Positions 16,448-29,181 of a stretch of 29,269 nucleotides of DNA are shown one piece after another. The translations under genes were made by a program, and so were the position numbers. A model generated the notes under the pieces. That model saw only the letters and a list, made by a program, of their open reading frames with translations. It did not search any database and was not told where the DNA came from. Each line of letters starts with the position of its first letter. Within the stretch, counting starts at the first letter, position 1. The stretch lies in NCBI GenBank assembly GCA_027623195.1, contig JAQBUT010000030.1, forward strand, positions 1-29,269, written 5' to 3'. The DNA is from Chloroflexota bacterium (GTDB lineage: Bacteria; Chloroflexota; Dehalococcoidia; Lucifugimonadales; JADFKI01).

Positions 16448-18484
16448 TTAGTCCTCCCCGTCGGCGTCCGGCGCGTGCACAAACTGGCCGTGACGTCGCC
16501 ACAGGTCCACGCCATGCAGGCGCAGCGTGACCACCTCGCCCGGCAGGACTGCGTTGGGTAACGGCGCCCTTATCCTGAACGGGTAACTCACCAGGTCCAG
16601 CATAGCCGTGCGATTGGCCTGATTTTCCAACACCGTGGCCTCAAATAGGTCTGAAAACTCACCGTCTTGAATGCCCAATTTCAGGTACTTCAGGAACCAG
16701 TACTTTTTTCGGTCTTCTTCTATGCGAGCCAGGCCCCGCACCTGAACGTCGGCCCGCTGCGCCACGGAAGAAATCTCATCCGTCGTATACAGAGGCAGAC
16801 CGGTGCTAAGGTACTGGCTAATCTGCCGCTGCATAACCATGTCTGGATATCTCCGCAATGGCGAAGTGACCTGGATGTAAGCGGGAACTCCCAGGCCTCC
16901 ATGTGGAGCCGGCGACGTGCTTACCGCGGCGGGAGTGAGCCGACGAATAATGGCGTACCAGCGCAAAGGCCCATCCCCGAGGTCCACTCCCGGCGGCAGG
17001 TCGGACCCCAAATCCGTAAGGTCCGCCGGCGTTTGAGACCGGTACGCAGCAGGAATTTCCCTGTCCCTACAGAATTCGGCCATAAGGGAGTTGCACAGAA
17101 TCATGAACTCCGTGACCATCTGTCGCGACGGCGTGGACCTGGGTATGACCCGGACGTCAGGTCTTCCGTTTTCGTCCACCGATATGAGCATCTCGGAACG
17201 TTCCAGGTTCAATGCGCCGGCCTGCTCTCGCCGGGCGCGTATGGCGGAGGCGATCTTTTCCAGCGTGGCCAATGTGGTGTGCCAGTTATGGCCTGCATCC
17301 GATATCGCCCCGTCGGCCTCTTCGTATGAGAGGGCGGCATCGCTGCGCACGACGGACGGCGTAACGTCCCAACTGAGCATCTGTCCAGCTTCGTCGAACC
17401 TGATGAGCAGGCTCAAGGCTATTCTGGTCTGGCCTTCCTGCAGGCTGCCCTTAGCGGTGGAGACCTCTGGGGGCAGCATTGGCACCTTGCGCTCCGGTAG
17501 GTATAAGGTGGCCATCCGACGGTCCGCTTCGATGTCCAACTCGCTGCCGGGCAGAACCAGCGTTCCGGCATCGGCAATATGTATTCCCACCTTAAAGATG
17601 CCCGGCTCGTCCAATCCCACCGACAGGGCGTCGTCCCTGTCCTCAGTGCCGGAGTCGTCAATGGTCACAGTCGGCAAATCAGTGAGGTCCACGCGGTTGC
17701 TCTGAGACAAGCCAGCCGCGTCATTTGCATTCGCGGCCTCCGCGATAGCCCCTTCTGAAAATTCCTCCGGAATGTTCTCTCGTTCCAATTCCAGAGGTTC
17801 GTCCGGTGAAAACACACCGGCATCCACCAGCATGTCGAAGGCCAGCCGTTGTATGTCGCCGGTGGCCCGTTGCACCCCGTCCAGGAGGGTTTTCACGGCC
17901 GGTCCGCGGGTGTAGTTGTCGCCATGTATCGCGAATCCTCTAACGTCTCGCAGCAGAATTTGCTGATGGGCCGTCATATCCTGCGGAAGCTGGCCCTCCG
18001 CGAGGGCGTTTACCAGGGCGGCCGCATCGATGGCGTTGTTGGCTTCTTTTTCTCGGCGGGTTCGGATCTCCTCTACCGCGGATTCGGACCTGGGGCTGTA
18101 AACACCCTTTTCGTTTACAAAGTAAAGCGTCTCCCTATCCAGTTGCAGCAGCAGTGCCACCCGCTGTGCCGCTGCGGCATCATTCCCCCAGTTCAGCTCC
18201 GCGAGTTCGTCCAGGGACATGGCGGTGCCTTCGTCTCGCACAACCTCCCATATCTCTGCCACGTCGATTGAATCTGTGAGGGCCTCGGTCTCTGCCTTGA
18301 ATCGCTCCACATCTGTATCATCAGAAGCGATCACGCCTGTGGCCAGTACGATGCGTTCGGCAGGGATACGAGCTTCCTTCTTCTGTCGCAGTAACAGCCT
18401 CACCCTGGACGCTTCCACCTCCAGCACCTTGGCTATCGTAATTTCGCCGCTTAGACGTGCGGCAACCAGTTCTCCGGATTTCAT
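16448..18484 (-). CDS. RNB-domain exoribonuclease (RNase II/R family)
   Basis: Catalytic 'TIDDSGTEDRDDALS', 'HIAD', 'ATLYLP', 'EFMILCN', 'TSPLRRYPD'. Confidence 0.93.
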   Translation of the reverse strand: MKSGELVAARLSGEITIAKVLEVEASRVRLLLRQKKEARIPAERIVLATGVIASDDTDVERFKAETEALTDSIDVAEIWEVVRDEGTAMSLDELAELNWGNDAAAAQRVALLLQLDRETLYFVNEKGVYSPRSESAVEEIRTRREKEANNAIDAAALVNALAEGQLPQDMTAHQQILLRDVRGFAIHGDNYTRGPAVKTLLDGVQRATGDIQRLAFDMLVDAGVFSPDEPLELERENIPEEFSEGAIAEAANANDAAGLSQSNRVDLTDLPTVTIDDSGTEDRDDALSVGLDEPGIFKVGIHIADAGTLVLPGSELDIEADRRMATLYLPERKVPMLPPEVSTAKGSLQEGQTRIALSLLIRFDEAGQMLSWDVTPSVVRSDAALSYEEADGAISDAGHNWHTTLATLEKIASAIRARREQAGALNLERSEMLISVDENGRPDVRVIPRSTPSRQMVTEFMILCNSLMAEFCRDREIPAAYRSQTPADLTDLGSDLPPGVDLGDGPLRWYAIIRRLTPAAVSTSPAPHGGLGVPAYIQVTSPLRRYPDMVMQRQISQYLSTGLPLYTTDEISSVAQRADVQVRGLARIEEDRKKYWFLKYLKLGIQDGEFSDLFEATVLENQANRTAMLDLVSYPFRIRAPLPNAVLPGEVVTLRLHGVDLWRRHGQFVHAPDADGED

Positions 18485-18687
18485 AGGTTATTTGGGGGGC
18501 CTCCTGTTTATTCCAAACCCATGTTAACCCAATAAAAGGCGTCGCTGTTCTTGGCTCCGGGCAAAACCTATGCGAATTCGCCATTGGGAATGCATGCTAA
18601 CCCCGGCACTGAGCCACGCAAGGCTTGATAGACTTAAATGATGCGAATTGCAGTTTATAACTGGCACGTCGGTGGAGATTTTGCGCC

Positions 18688-19857
18688 ATGAGCATGACGA
18701 TTACCTTTGTCGTCAGCATGATGGCCATATTGCTGGTTACATTTACGATTGGTCAGGACGTGAAGAACGCGTATGTGACCATTTCCAGTACCTGGCTGGG
18801 TCAAGAAAACAGGTGGGAGTCCCAGTCGAATACCAGGATTGCGGGCCCCATCGGCGCCTCTGTGGACGAAACCACTACAGTTCAGCTTACGCTGGTCAAC
18901 GAAGGGGACGAGGTCGTTGGTGATTTCGAACATTGGAACCTGATTATCGAGTCTCAGCGTCCGGGCAGTCCCGCCATCAGCTACTTAACGTACACAGAAA
19001 ACGGTGTCCCTGGCCCCAATGAGTGGACGGTGAGCGGCATTTACCGCGATGCAGATACTCTGGCCGCAGAGGTCGTGGACCCGGGCATAATGAATTCCGG
19101 TGAGGAGATGATAGTCGTCGCCAACCCTTCACCGGCTATCGTCGCAGGCTTTTACGACAGGGCCGTTTTCGTTACGCCAAACGGAGTCTCATTAAAGGTT
19201 ATCTTCAAAGTCAGCGCGGTGCTGTACGTCGCGGACCGGGATGATGGGCTTGTCTACATTTACATGGATGACGGGACCTATAGCGGCGTGGATTTCCTGG
19301 ACTCTAACAATGATGATGCCAGGGGCATTACCACCGACAACACCAATTTCTGGACGGTGGATGTTCAGGACTTGCAGGCCAACAGGTACCCCAGCACGTT
19401 CAATGTGGCTACACCCTGGACCTTGGACTTGGCCAATGCCACCAGCACCGGTATCACGACAGACGGGACTAACATATGGACTGTGGACCCGGAAGACGAT
19501 GTGGTTTACCAGTACGATATGGTCGGCACGTCCGTGTCCAATTTTACGTTGGACCCGACTAATGCAGGTGCGACGGGCATAACCACCGACGGCAGCAGCA
19601 TCTGGACTGTCGACGATCAGGACAACGCCGTATACAAGTATTCCATGGCCGGAGTTCTAGATTCCAGCTTCCCTCTTACGTCCGGCAACGCGGACCCTAC
19701 GGGCATAACCACCAACGGGACCCAAATATGGGTGGTTGATCATGCCGATCTCAAGATCTACTCATATATTACAGACGGCACATACCTGACAACGCTAGAC
19801 ATATCTCTTACCGCTCCCAATGCAGACCCGGAAGGGATAACGGTGCGTTCCAAGTAG
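18688..19857 (+). CDS. Archaellum ArlF/ArlG (FlaF/FlaG)-like protein fused to an NHL-like beta-propeller
   Basis: N-terminal TM helix. 'LTLVNEG', 'W.LII', 'DPGIMNSGE', 'VTPNGV' follow the FlaF/G pattern. Then ~42-aa repeats 'GITTDG..IW.VD..D..VY.Y'. SD GGAG. Confidence 0.72.
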   Translation: MSMTITFVVSMMAILLVTFTIGQDVKNAYVTISSTWLGQENRWESQSNTRIAGPIGASVDETTTVQLTLVNEGDEVVGDFEHWNLIIESQRPGSPAISYLTYTENGVPGPNEWTVSGIYRDADTLAAEVVDPGIMNSGEEMIVVANPSPAIVAGFYDRAVFVTPNGVSLKVIFKVSAVLYVADRDDGLVYIYMDDGTYSGVDFLDSNNDDARGITTDNTNFWTVDVQDLQANRYPSTFNVATPWTLDLANATSTGITTDGTNIWTVDPEDDVVYQYDMVGTSVSNFTLDPTNAGATGITTDGSSIWTVDDQDNAVYKYSMAGVLDSSFPLTSGNADPTGITTNGTQIWVVDHADLKIYSYITDGTYLTTLDISLTAPNADPEGITVRSK

Positions 19858-19878
19858 GGTATGTGGCTGCGCCTCGAG

Positions 19879-20961
19879 CTAACTCAGGTCCGATAGCCTG
19901 GGCATGACTTCTTTGGCCAGGCGCGTCATCGAGTTCACCCACTTTTCCTTGGGCTGCCACTCGTGCCCCATCGCCAGCAGCACACCGAAGCCGCCGACCT
20001 CGCCGTACAGGTCCCTAATCTGTTGCTCCACGTCATCGGGACCGCCAACGATCCATACGTTGTCCATGAGATACTCGACGGTCACCTCTGAATCCGGCAT
20101 GTCCGGATCGAGTTTCATCAGGTCCAGTACGCCCGTGGCCTTAAGCAGTGGGATGAAGTAGTTGTCGAAATCGCGCCTGAATACGCCGTTCAGCATGTCG
20201 TCGCGAGCCTGGGCAGTCGTCTCGCCGACGTAAATCTCCCTGGCGATGCGCCACAAGGAGCGGTCTGCGGTACGACCGGCCCGCTGAGCACCTTCCTCGA
20301 CTGCATCCCAGTGGGTCTTGACCTGCTTTGAGGGCACCAGGTTAATGCTCATGGGAATCCAGCCACGCTCTCCCGCCAATCGCAGCGTTTCCGAGCGCGG
20401 GGAGACGCCCGCTACTGCGATGGGTGGGTGCGGCATCTGATAAGGCTTCATGTGAAAGCCCATGCCAATAACCTCGTCCGGCTCCGGTATGGTGAAATCC
20501 CAGTACTTATGCTTGTAATTGCCCGGTTTGGGGTCGTCCCAAATCTGAAGAACTACCTCCACAGCGTCCCTGGCCATGCTGCGGTGCTCGCCGGTCTCCG
20601 CATTGAAGCCGAACACCTTGAAGTCGCCGACGTAGCCGCCGGAGCCTACGCCCCAGTTGAAACGCCCGTGGGCCAGATGGTCTAGCTGAGCGATGCGATG
20701 CGCGATCATGAACGGGTTGTGGTTCGGCATGCAGGTAACGCCGGTGCCGAGCACGATGTTCTTCGTCATGCCCAGCGCCTTGGCGATGAAAAGATCAGGC
20801 GCAGGGATGTTCTCCCAGACCGACGTGAAGTGCTCTCCGATCCAGGCCTCTTTGTAGCCCAACTCATCCAGCGTAACGAGCTGCTCTAGGTCGGCGTCCA
20901 TCGTCTCGGTGATGTTGGAGCCGGGCGGGTGCAACGGCATCGTAAAGTAGCCTACTTCCAT
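19879..20961 (-). CDS. Luciferase-like (LLM) flavin-dependent monooxygenase
   Basis: 'GYFTMPLHPP', 'LGYKEAWIGEH', 'LDHLAHGRFNWGVGSG', 'PHPPIAVA', 'GGFGVLL'. SD GGAGG. Confidence 0.93.
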   Translation of the reverse strand: MEVGYFTMPLHPPGSNITETMDADLEQLVTLDELGYKEAWIGEHFTSVWENIPAPDLFIAKALGMTKNIVLGTGVTCMPNHNPFMIAHRIAQLDHLAHGRFNWGVGSGGYVGDFKVFGFNAETGEHRSMARDAVEVVLQIWDDPKPGNYKHKYWDFTIPEPDEVIGMGFHMKPYQMPHPPIAVAGVSPRSETLRLAGERGWIPMSINLVPSKQVKTHWDAVEEGAQRAGRTADRSLWRIAREIYVGETTAQARDDMLNGVFRRDFDNYFIPLLKATGVLDLMKLDPDMPDSEVTVEYLMDNVWIVGGPDDVEQQIRDLYGEVGGFGVLLAMGHEWQPKEKWVNSMTRLAKEVMPRLSDLS

Positions 20962-21132
20962 ATCGGCCTCCCTGTTTTTTCGAATAAATCATAGAGATTC
21001 GACCGCAGTATAAGTGAGGTGATGCTTCACCACAAGAACATTCCAACCCTCGGGTTGTGTTGGGATTGGGGTGGTGCTAGTCTTCATAAAATCTCAAGTG
21101 GAATCTAAAGCAGTGAAAAGGGCGTAAACGGG

Positions 21133-22281
21133 ATGGATGAATCAAAGCAGCGAGCGCTGACAATCCTGGAAAACCTGGCAGGACAGGCCGCCACATCCTT
21201 CTTTGAGGATAGGCCAACGCGGTTCATCGTGGAAACGTTGGCGAAGCTGGACGGCGTGGAAAGCAGGCGCGATCAGTTCGGCAACGTCATCGCGCACTAC
21301 CGTAGGTTGTCTCCCGATGCCGCGCCACGCCCGCCTATAGCTTTCGTGGCGCACATGGACCACCCTGGCTTCGAGATTTATTCGAATGGCGCAGATGAGG
21401 GTCTGTATACGGCCAGGGCGATGGGCGGCGTTCCGGTGGCCTCGCTGAATAAGCCCGTGCCTGTGCTGGTACTTACGCCTGACGGCAAGCGTTTGCCTGC
21501 AACGCTTGAGCCTATGGACCAGTCGTCAGCTAAGGACGGCGACAGGCTTGTGGGCGTTAGGTTGGAGTCCGACGCCGAGTTTCCCATGCCAGCTGCTGTA
21601 ATCTTCGATCTGTCGGACTTCAGTCTGGACGGCGATATCATTCGCATGCGAGCGGCCGACGACTTGGCCGGATGCGCGAGCATTCTGGCTGCCTTGGGGC
21701 GACTCGCGGCTGATAAGGCAGAGACAGACTTCTACGCCGTGTTCACCAGGGCAGAGGAGGGCGGCCTCTACGGCGCGCGCCTGATGGCGGAGGCTGGGAC
21801 GTTACCCAAAGAAACGTTAGTGGTTTCTGTGGAGACCAGCTCAATTATCCCCGGTGTTACTCAAGGCGAGGGGCCGGTTGTGCGCACAGGCGACCGCGTC
21901 TACACCTTCGATGCCGACGCTGAGCAGGTCTTTCATGTTGCGAGAGCCTCGATACTTAAACGCATCCCCGAATTCAAATCTCAACGTCAGCTTATGAGCG
22001 CGGGCGGTTGCGAGGCCACGGCCTTCGCGGTGTTTGGATATAAGGTGACAGGGCTGGCCTACCCACTGGGGAACTGGCACAACGCCACAACGTCGATACC
22101 CGACCCGGATGGGGGCGTGGACTCGGAGTACATCAGCCTGTCGGACTACCTGGGAGGCGTAGAGCTAATCGCCGAAGCCGCCATCAGCGTGGCGCAGCGG
22201 AACGACTCGGCCACCCGCCAGCGCATCCGCGATATACCTGAGGACGTTCGCAGGCGCATGCTGGGCACGGCGGAAGGCTAG
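21133..22281 (+). CDS. M20/M28/M42-like dinuclear metallopeptidase
   Basis: 'DQFGNVIA', 'AHMDH', 'ADDLAG', 'AEEGG', and a C-terminal His (GNWH). Confidence 0.85.
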   Translation: MDESKQRALTILENLAGQAATSFFEDRPTRFIVETLAKLDGVESRRDQFGNVIAHYRRLSPDAAPRPPIAFVAHMDHPGFEIYSNGADEGLYTARAMGGVPVASLNKPVPVLVLTPDGKRLPATLEPMDQSSAKDGDRLVGVRLESDAEFPMPAAVIFDLSDFSLDGDIIRMRAADDLAGCASILAALGRLAADKAETDFYAVFTRAEEGGLYGARLMAEAGTLPKETLVVSVETSSIIPGVTQGEGPVVRTGDRVYTFDADAEQVFHVARASILKRIPEFKSQRQLMSAGGCEATAFAVFGYKVTGLAYPLGNWHNATTSIPDPDGGVDSEYISLSDYLGGVELIAEAAISVAQRNDSATRQRIRDIPEDVRRRMLGTAEG

Positions 22282-22937
22282 ACAGCCTCGCTGCGGTCCC
22301 AGCCCTCCTGCACCCAGTAGCCGACTTCTGGCACGCCTACCGCAGTAGGCAGTCCCTGCGCTCGCTTCAGCCGCTGGATGTTATACAGGTGGGTTATCTC
22401 CTCGAAGTACATGTGTCGGAAGGTCGCCTCCAGCGTCATCTCGCCCTGGCTAGGGTCTACGTCGGGATTCATGCCGGTGGGATGTGCCTTGATCATGATG
22501 TCCCACTGGGGCGACAGGTTGTAGCGCAGCGTGTGGGCCTTCAGGAAACCGACGTTTCTCTCCGCCAGCACCCGCTGTGTAAGGTCGATAGCCTCCTTCA
22601 GAATGTCCAACAGCACTGGAAGGTCCCAGTATCGATCTTTGGGAAGAGCCCGGTCGAAGTCGGCGTTGGTCTTATGCTCGGCGTCGGCGATGCCATGCCC
22701 CCCATCGGGGAAAAGCACGTTCCCCCATCGCACCATGAGCCAGCGATAGAGTAGGGAGGCCATGTGGCTAAGCTGCCGGCGCATGCTCCACTCGGCCCAG
22801 CCCCACTGGTCAGAACACCAGTCCAACTGCTCATCCGTTAGGCCCTGAAGCTCCCGGGCTATGAGTTCGTGAAGCGCGGCGTACTCCGGAAAAAGCTCGG
22901 ATGCGGGACTGTTGTCCGATATGTTGTTTTGAGTCAT
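22278..22937 (-). CDS. DinB/YfiT-like family protein
   Basis: 'GLTDEQLDW', 'WSMRRQLSHMA', 'EEITHLYNIQRLKRAQG'. Confidence 0.8.
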   Translation of the reverse strand: MTQNNISDNSPASELFPEYAALHELIARELQGLTDEQLDWCSDQWGWAEWSMRRQLSHMASLLYRWLMVRWGNVLFPDGGHGIADAEHKTNADFDRALPKDRYWDLPVLLDILKEAIDLTQRVLAERNVGFLKAHTLRYNLSPQWDIMIKAHPTGMNPDVDPSQGEMTLEATFRHMYFEEITHLYNIQRLKRAQGLPTAVGVPEVGYWVQEGWDRSEAV

Positions 22938-22996
22938 TATCGCCTCTTTATGGTCGGTGAATGTCGCAGGCCATTATATATAGATTCCAAGCCTTC

Positions 22997-23025
22997 TTGA
23001 CAGCGTTATGCCCTTGGACTACCCT
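22997..23025 (+). promoter_or_regulatory. Putative sigma70 promoter of the T-box leader
   Basis: TTGACA (22997-23002), 17 nt, TACCCT (23020-25). Confidence 0.7.
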
Positions 23026-23054
23026 GAAATTCGTAGGCAATTACATAAAACCTA

Positions 23055-23377
23055 AAGGCTGTGATGGAGACGAGTAACCAGGGTAGGGTTGACTAGCGAG
23101 TCTGGTACGGTGGAAGCAGACGCGGCCCGCTTGGCGAATATCACTCCTGAGCCTCGTCCCGAAAGTTTTGGCTTCGCTGGCCGTACGCTTCACTGGAGCG
23201 GGCGGCACGAATAGCGAAAGAGTAGACGACGACGGTATGACCCACCGTTATCCGGGTAACCTCCGAAACGAGCGGGATTGTTAGCTGCTCGTTGGGAGTA
23301 TTTGAGTGCTCTGGCATTGCTGGGGAAACTGGGTGGTATCGCGGAAACTTCCGTCCCTGATGGATGGAAGTTTTTTT
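23055..23377 (+). promoter_or_regulatory. T-box riboswitch with Ile (AUC) specifier and transcriptional terminator
   Basis: Stem I base AGGCT..TGA/TGAGCCT (K-turn), GGAG/CTCC, AGTA at 23073, GGTGGAA loop, specifier ATC at 23140-42. T-box AACTGGGTGGTATCGCG at 23327-43. Terminator AAACTTCCGTCC/GGATGGAAGTTT plus T run. Confidence 0.92.
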
Positions 23378-23435
23378 GTTTTGTAAGAGATATGGATAGA
23401 AGCAACGAAGTCCAGAAAATTGTTAGGACGACGAA

Positions 23436-24242
23436 TTGACGGAAGGCCAAGAACAGGCACACTGGACCCATAAGCTCTTCGTTGAGAACGCAGAACTTTA
23501 CCTGCCTTTTTTAGAGCAAGGCAAGGAGACTGCGCTGCGAGAGACAATCATCCTGTCGGAAATCTTCCAGGAGCAAGGAGTTGCGCCCAATGCCAGGCTT
23601 TTGGACGCAGCGTGTGGAATAGGCCGCCACGCCGTTCTGTTAGCGCAACGCGGATATGAGGTCACCGGGCTGGATATATCGCCGCTTTTCGTGGAGAAGG
23701 CTCGGGAGTACGCGTCTAATCAGAACGTCGAGGGGAGCTTTCTTTGTGGAGACGTGTTGGAGGCGGCCGGTCTTTTGGACAACGATGCACCTTTCGACGC
23801 CGTGGTAAGCATGTTCACGTCGCACAGCTACTACGGTTGGGAAGGCGACCTGACGACCTTTAGGCAGCTCCATGCGTTGGCGGCTCCTGAAGCTTTGCTG
23901 GTCATTCTCACATCGAACAGGGATGCCATTATTCGCAAATTTACGTCTGAAGCCATGGACAAGGCCGGTAACGTCAGGATCCTACAGCGGCGCGGCCTGG
24001 ACCTGGAAACGTCCACAATGCTCAACGACTGGGAGTTCTTCGAGGGCGAAAACGAGAATCTAAGTCTAAGGCTCAGCATCCATATGGAGCACCGCCTGTA
24101 TAGCCTGCATGACCTGAAGCGTCTTCTGGAGGAGGCAGGGTGGACATACGTCCAGGCGATGGGCCAGTCTGACGACGAGGATGGCGGCCTGGCTCCCCTT
24201 ACCATCGACTCCAACACCATGTGGGTTGTGGCTCGTGCATAA
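23436..24242 (+). CDS. Class I SAM-dependent methyltransferase
   Basis: 'RLLDAACGIGRHA', 'VTGLDIS', 'FDAVVSMFTS', 'RLYSLHDLKRLLEEAG'. TTG start. Confidence 0.9.
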   Translation: MTEGQEQAHWTHKLFVENAELYLPFLEQGKETALRETIILSEIFQEQGVAPNARLLDAACGIGRHAVLLAQRGYEVTGLDISPLFVEKAREYASNQNVEGSFLCGDVLEAAGLLDNDAPFDAVVSMFTSHSYYGWEGDLTTFRQLHALAAPEALLVILTSNRDAIIRKFTSEAMDKAGNVRILQRRGLDLETSTMLNDWEFFEGENENLSLRLSIHMEHRLYSLHDLKRLLEEAGWTYVQAMGQSDDEDGGLAPLTIDSNTMWVVARA

Positions 24243-24336
24243 GAAAAACCACTCGGAGAGTCACCAAACAGATTTCGCCAGCCCCAATTTGGGTAACTGG
24301 CCAAAGACTTTGGCCCCATGGCAAAGGCTAAAGAAG

Positions 24337-25101
24337 TTACCCCCGCGTCTCCCACTCTTCCACGGCAAGCCCTTCCACGAAACGGATCAGCGAGATGCCG
24401 GACCTCATAATTTGATCGCCAGAATGCAGCGTCCATCTGGTCGACACCTCATCTCCTTCGGAAACCTGGCTCTCGATCACGAATTGCGAGCCGGGGAGGG
24501 CTTGGTTAACCTCCGAAAGAACAATGCGAACGCCTTCGCGGCCTTCGAACACCGCACTACTAGATGCGTGGTAGAGAAATTCAGGAGCGTAGTATTTTCC
24601 GATTTCCTCGGGTTGGTTGCCGTTCCAAACTTGCTCAAATATATTTCTGACATTGGCCTTGGCGACGGACGAGAACATGGAGGCTACGGTGTTGACAGCC
24701 CAGGGCTCTTCCACGATTTTGCCGCCCTCAAACCGAAAGGCCGTAACGCCAAGCATGTCCCATCTCTCTCCGGTGGGCGGGTAGGGGACGAGGCCGCCAT
24801 TGCCGGTATGAGTGCCCTGGAGTCTGTAATACAGCGCGAGCCGATCTCCCTCCTCGACCATGTCTTCAATCGATCTGGTCAAGTCGGGAAAGCTAGCGCG
24901 AATCATGCCCACGAAGCTGCGAAACCCCTCTGGCCCTGTTGGAAGGTCCCACGGTCCGTGAGGAGGCTGAGCGTCTGGATGAATTATCTCGTCCAGCGCC
25001 TCCAATTGGCTTCCGGTCCAGACCTCTTCAACCAGACGGCGGACAATCGCTTTATAATTATCAGGCATGCGGTACTCGTCATATAGATTTACTCCAATCA
25101 T
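24337..25101 (-). CDS. Tandem SnoaL-like / ester cyclase domain protein
   Basis: Two repeats ('KAIVRRLVEEVW...FPDL..IEDMVEEGD...GTHTG...PPTG' and 'KANVRNIFEQVW...SEGDEVSTRW'). Start may be 25068. Confidence 0.88.
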   Translation of the reverse strand: MIGVNLYDEYRMPDNYKAIVRRLVEEVWTGSQLEALDEIIHPDAQPPHGPWDLPTGPEGFRSFVGMIRASFPDLTRSIEDMVEEGDRLALYYRLQGTHTGNGGLVPYPPTGERWDMLGVTAFRFEGGKIVEEPWAVNTVASMFSSVAKANVRNIFEQVWNGNQPEEIGKYYAPEFLYHASSSAVFEGREGVRIVLSEVNQALPGSQFVIESQVSEGDEVSTRWTLHSGDQIMRSGISLIRFVEGLAVEEWETRG

Positions 25102-25179
25102 GCCACAGGAACGGGCCGATTAGAATATGTGCCCTCATAAACGAAATAAGTCAGATAGCAGTCAGAGGTGATCCAAAAT

Positions 25180-28413
<3,234 letters not shown>

Positions 28414-28447
28414 GACTAGGGTCGTCTGGCGAAGGTCGTTCCTTCAT

Positions 28448-28539
28448 ATGTCATTCCGAACGTAGTGAGGAATCTATGGCGAGTGCCGTAGATCAACGTA
28501 CTTCCTAAATTCCTCGTCGCAATCGCCTCGGAATGACAT
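28448..28539. repeat. REP/MITE-like palindromic element (GTCATTCCGA...GAGGAATCT type)
   Basis: Perfect 12-bp terminal inverted repeat ATGTCATTCCGA / TCGGAATGACAT. Inner GAGGAAT/ATTCCTC pair and an ATCTATGGC/GCCGTAGAT hairpin. Confidence 0.7.
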
Positions 28540-28575
28540 CAAGCTGGAATTTACCATCTGATAATAGGAGAAAAA

Positions 28576-29181
28576 ATGCAATACCGAAGCCTTGGGAACA
28601 CCGGCATAGAAGTCTCTGAGATCGGATACGGCTGCGGCGCAGTTGGCGGCCTTATGGTTAAGGGCGATCGCTCAGAAATGGTGAAGGCCATAAAGCTGGC
28701 CATCGACTCCGGCATAACCTATTTCGATACCGCGCGCATGTACGGAGACGGCGTGTCGGAAACCAACCTTGGTTGGGTGCTCAAGGAGCTCAACGCCGAC
28801 GTAGTGGTCGGCACGAAGGTGAAGCTGGAAGTCGGGGATATGGACGACATCGAGAGCGCCGTTGTGCAACACGTGGAAGGCAGCCTTCAGCGTCTAGGCA
28901 TGGACAGGGTAGACATCGTATCGCTGCATCACCCCGTGGGGCCTTCCCGTGACGGTGACCGGCTTCTTACCGCGGAAGACGTGAACGCTGCGGGAAGAGG
29001 GTTCGCCACGCTGATGCAGCAGGGCAAGACTCGCTATTGGGGCATGAACGCCGTGGGCGACACTGATACCATCCATCAGGCAATGGACTCGGCTAAGCCT
29101 TATGGAATACAGGCCGCGTACAACCTTCTGAACCCGTCCGGCTCCAGATCCGTACCGTCAGGCTACCCGTTCCAGGACTGA
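28576..29181 (+). pseudogene. Aldo/keto reductase, truncated at 201 aa
   Basis: 'YRSLGNTGIEVSEIGYG', 'FDTARMYG', 'GTK', 'SLQRLGMDRVD'. Stops shortly after 'QAAYNLL', well short of a full ~320-aa TIM barrel. Confidence 0.8.

Noticed and set aside
19219..19857. Periodic ~126-bp repeats as a possible CRISPR or DNA repeat array
   Set aside because: The repeats are degenerate at DNA level and conserved at protein level inside an ORF (propeller blades). No cas genes are present.
128..22281. Three convergent gene pairs overlapping by 4 nt at their stops (128-131, 13429-13432, 22278-22281)
   Set aside because: A common arrangement in compact bacterial genomes, with no special meaning evident.
24181..25086. 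301-aa plus-strand ORF, and similar long shadow ORFs (4730-5407, 5527-6372, 6596-7384, 16667-17329, 17091-17705)
   Set aside because: Each lies antisense to a well-supported gene, has no recognisable motif, and such ORFs are expected in GC-rich DNA.
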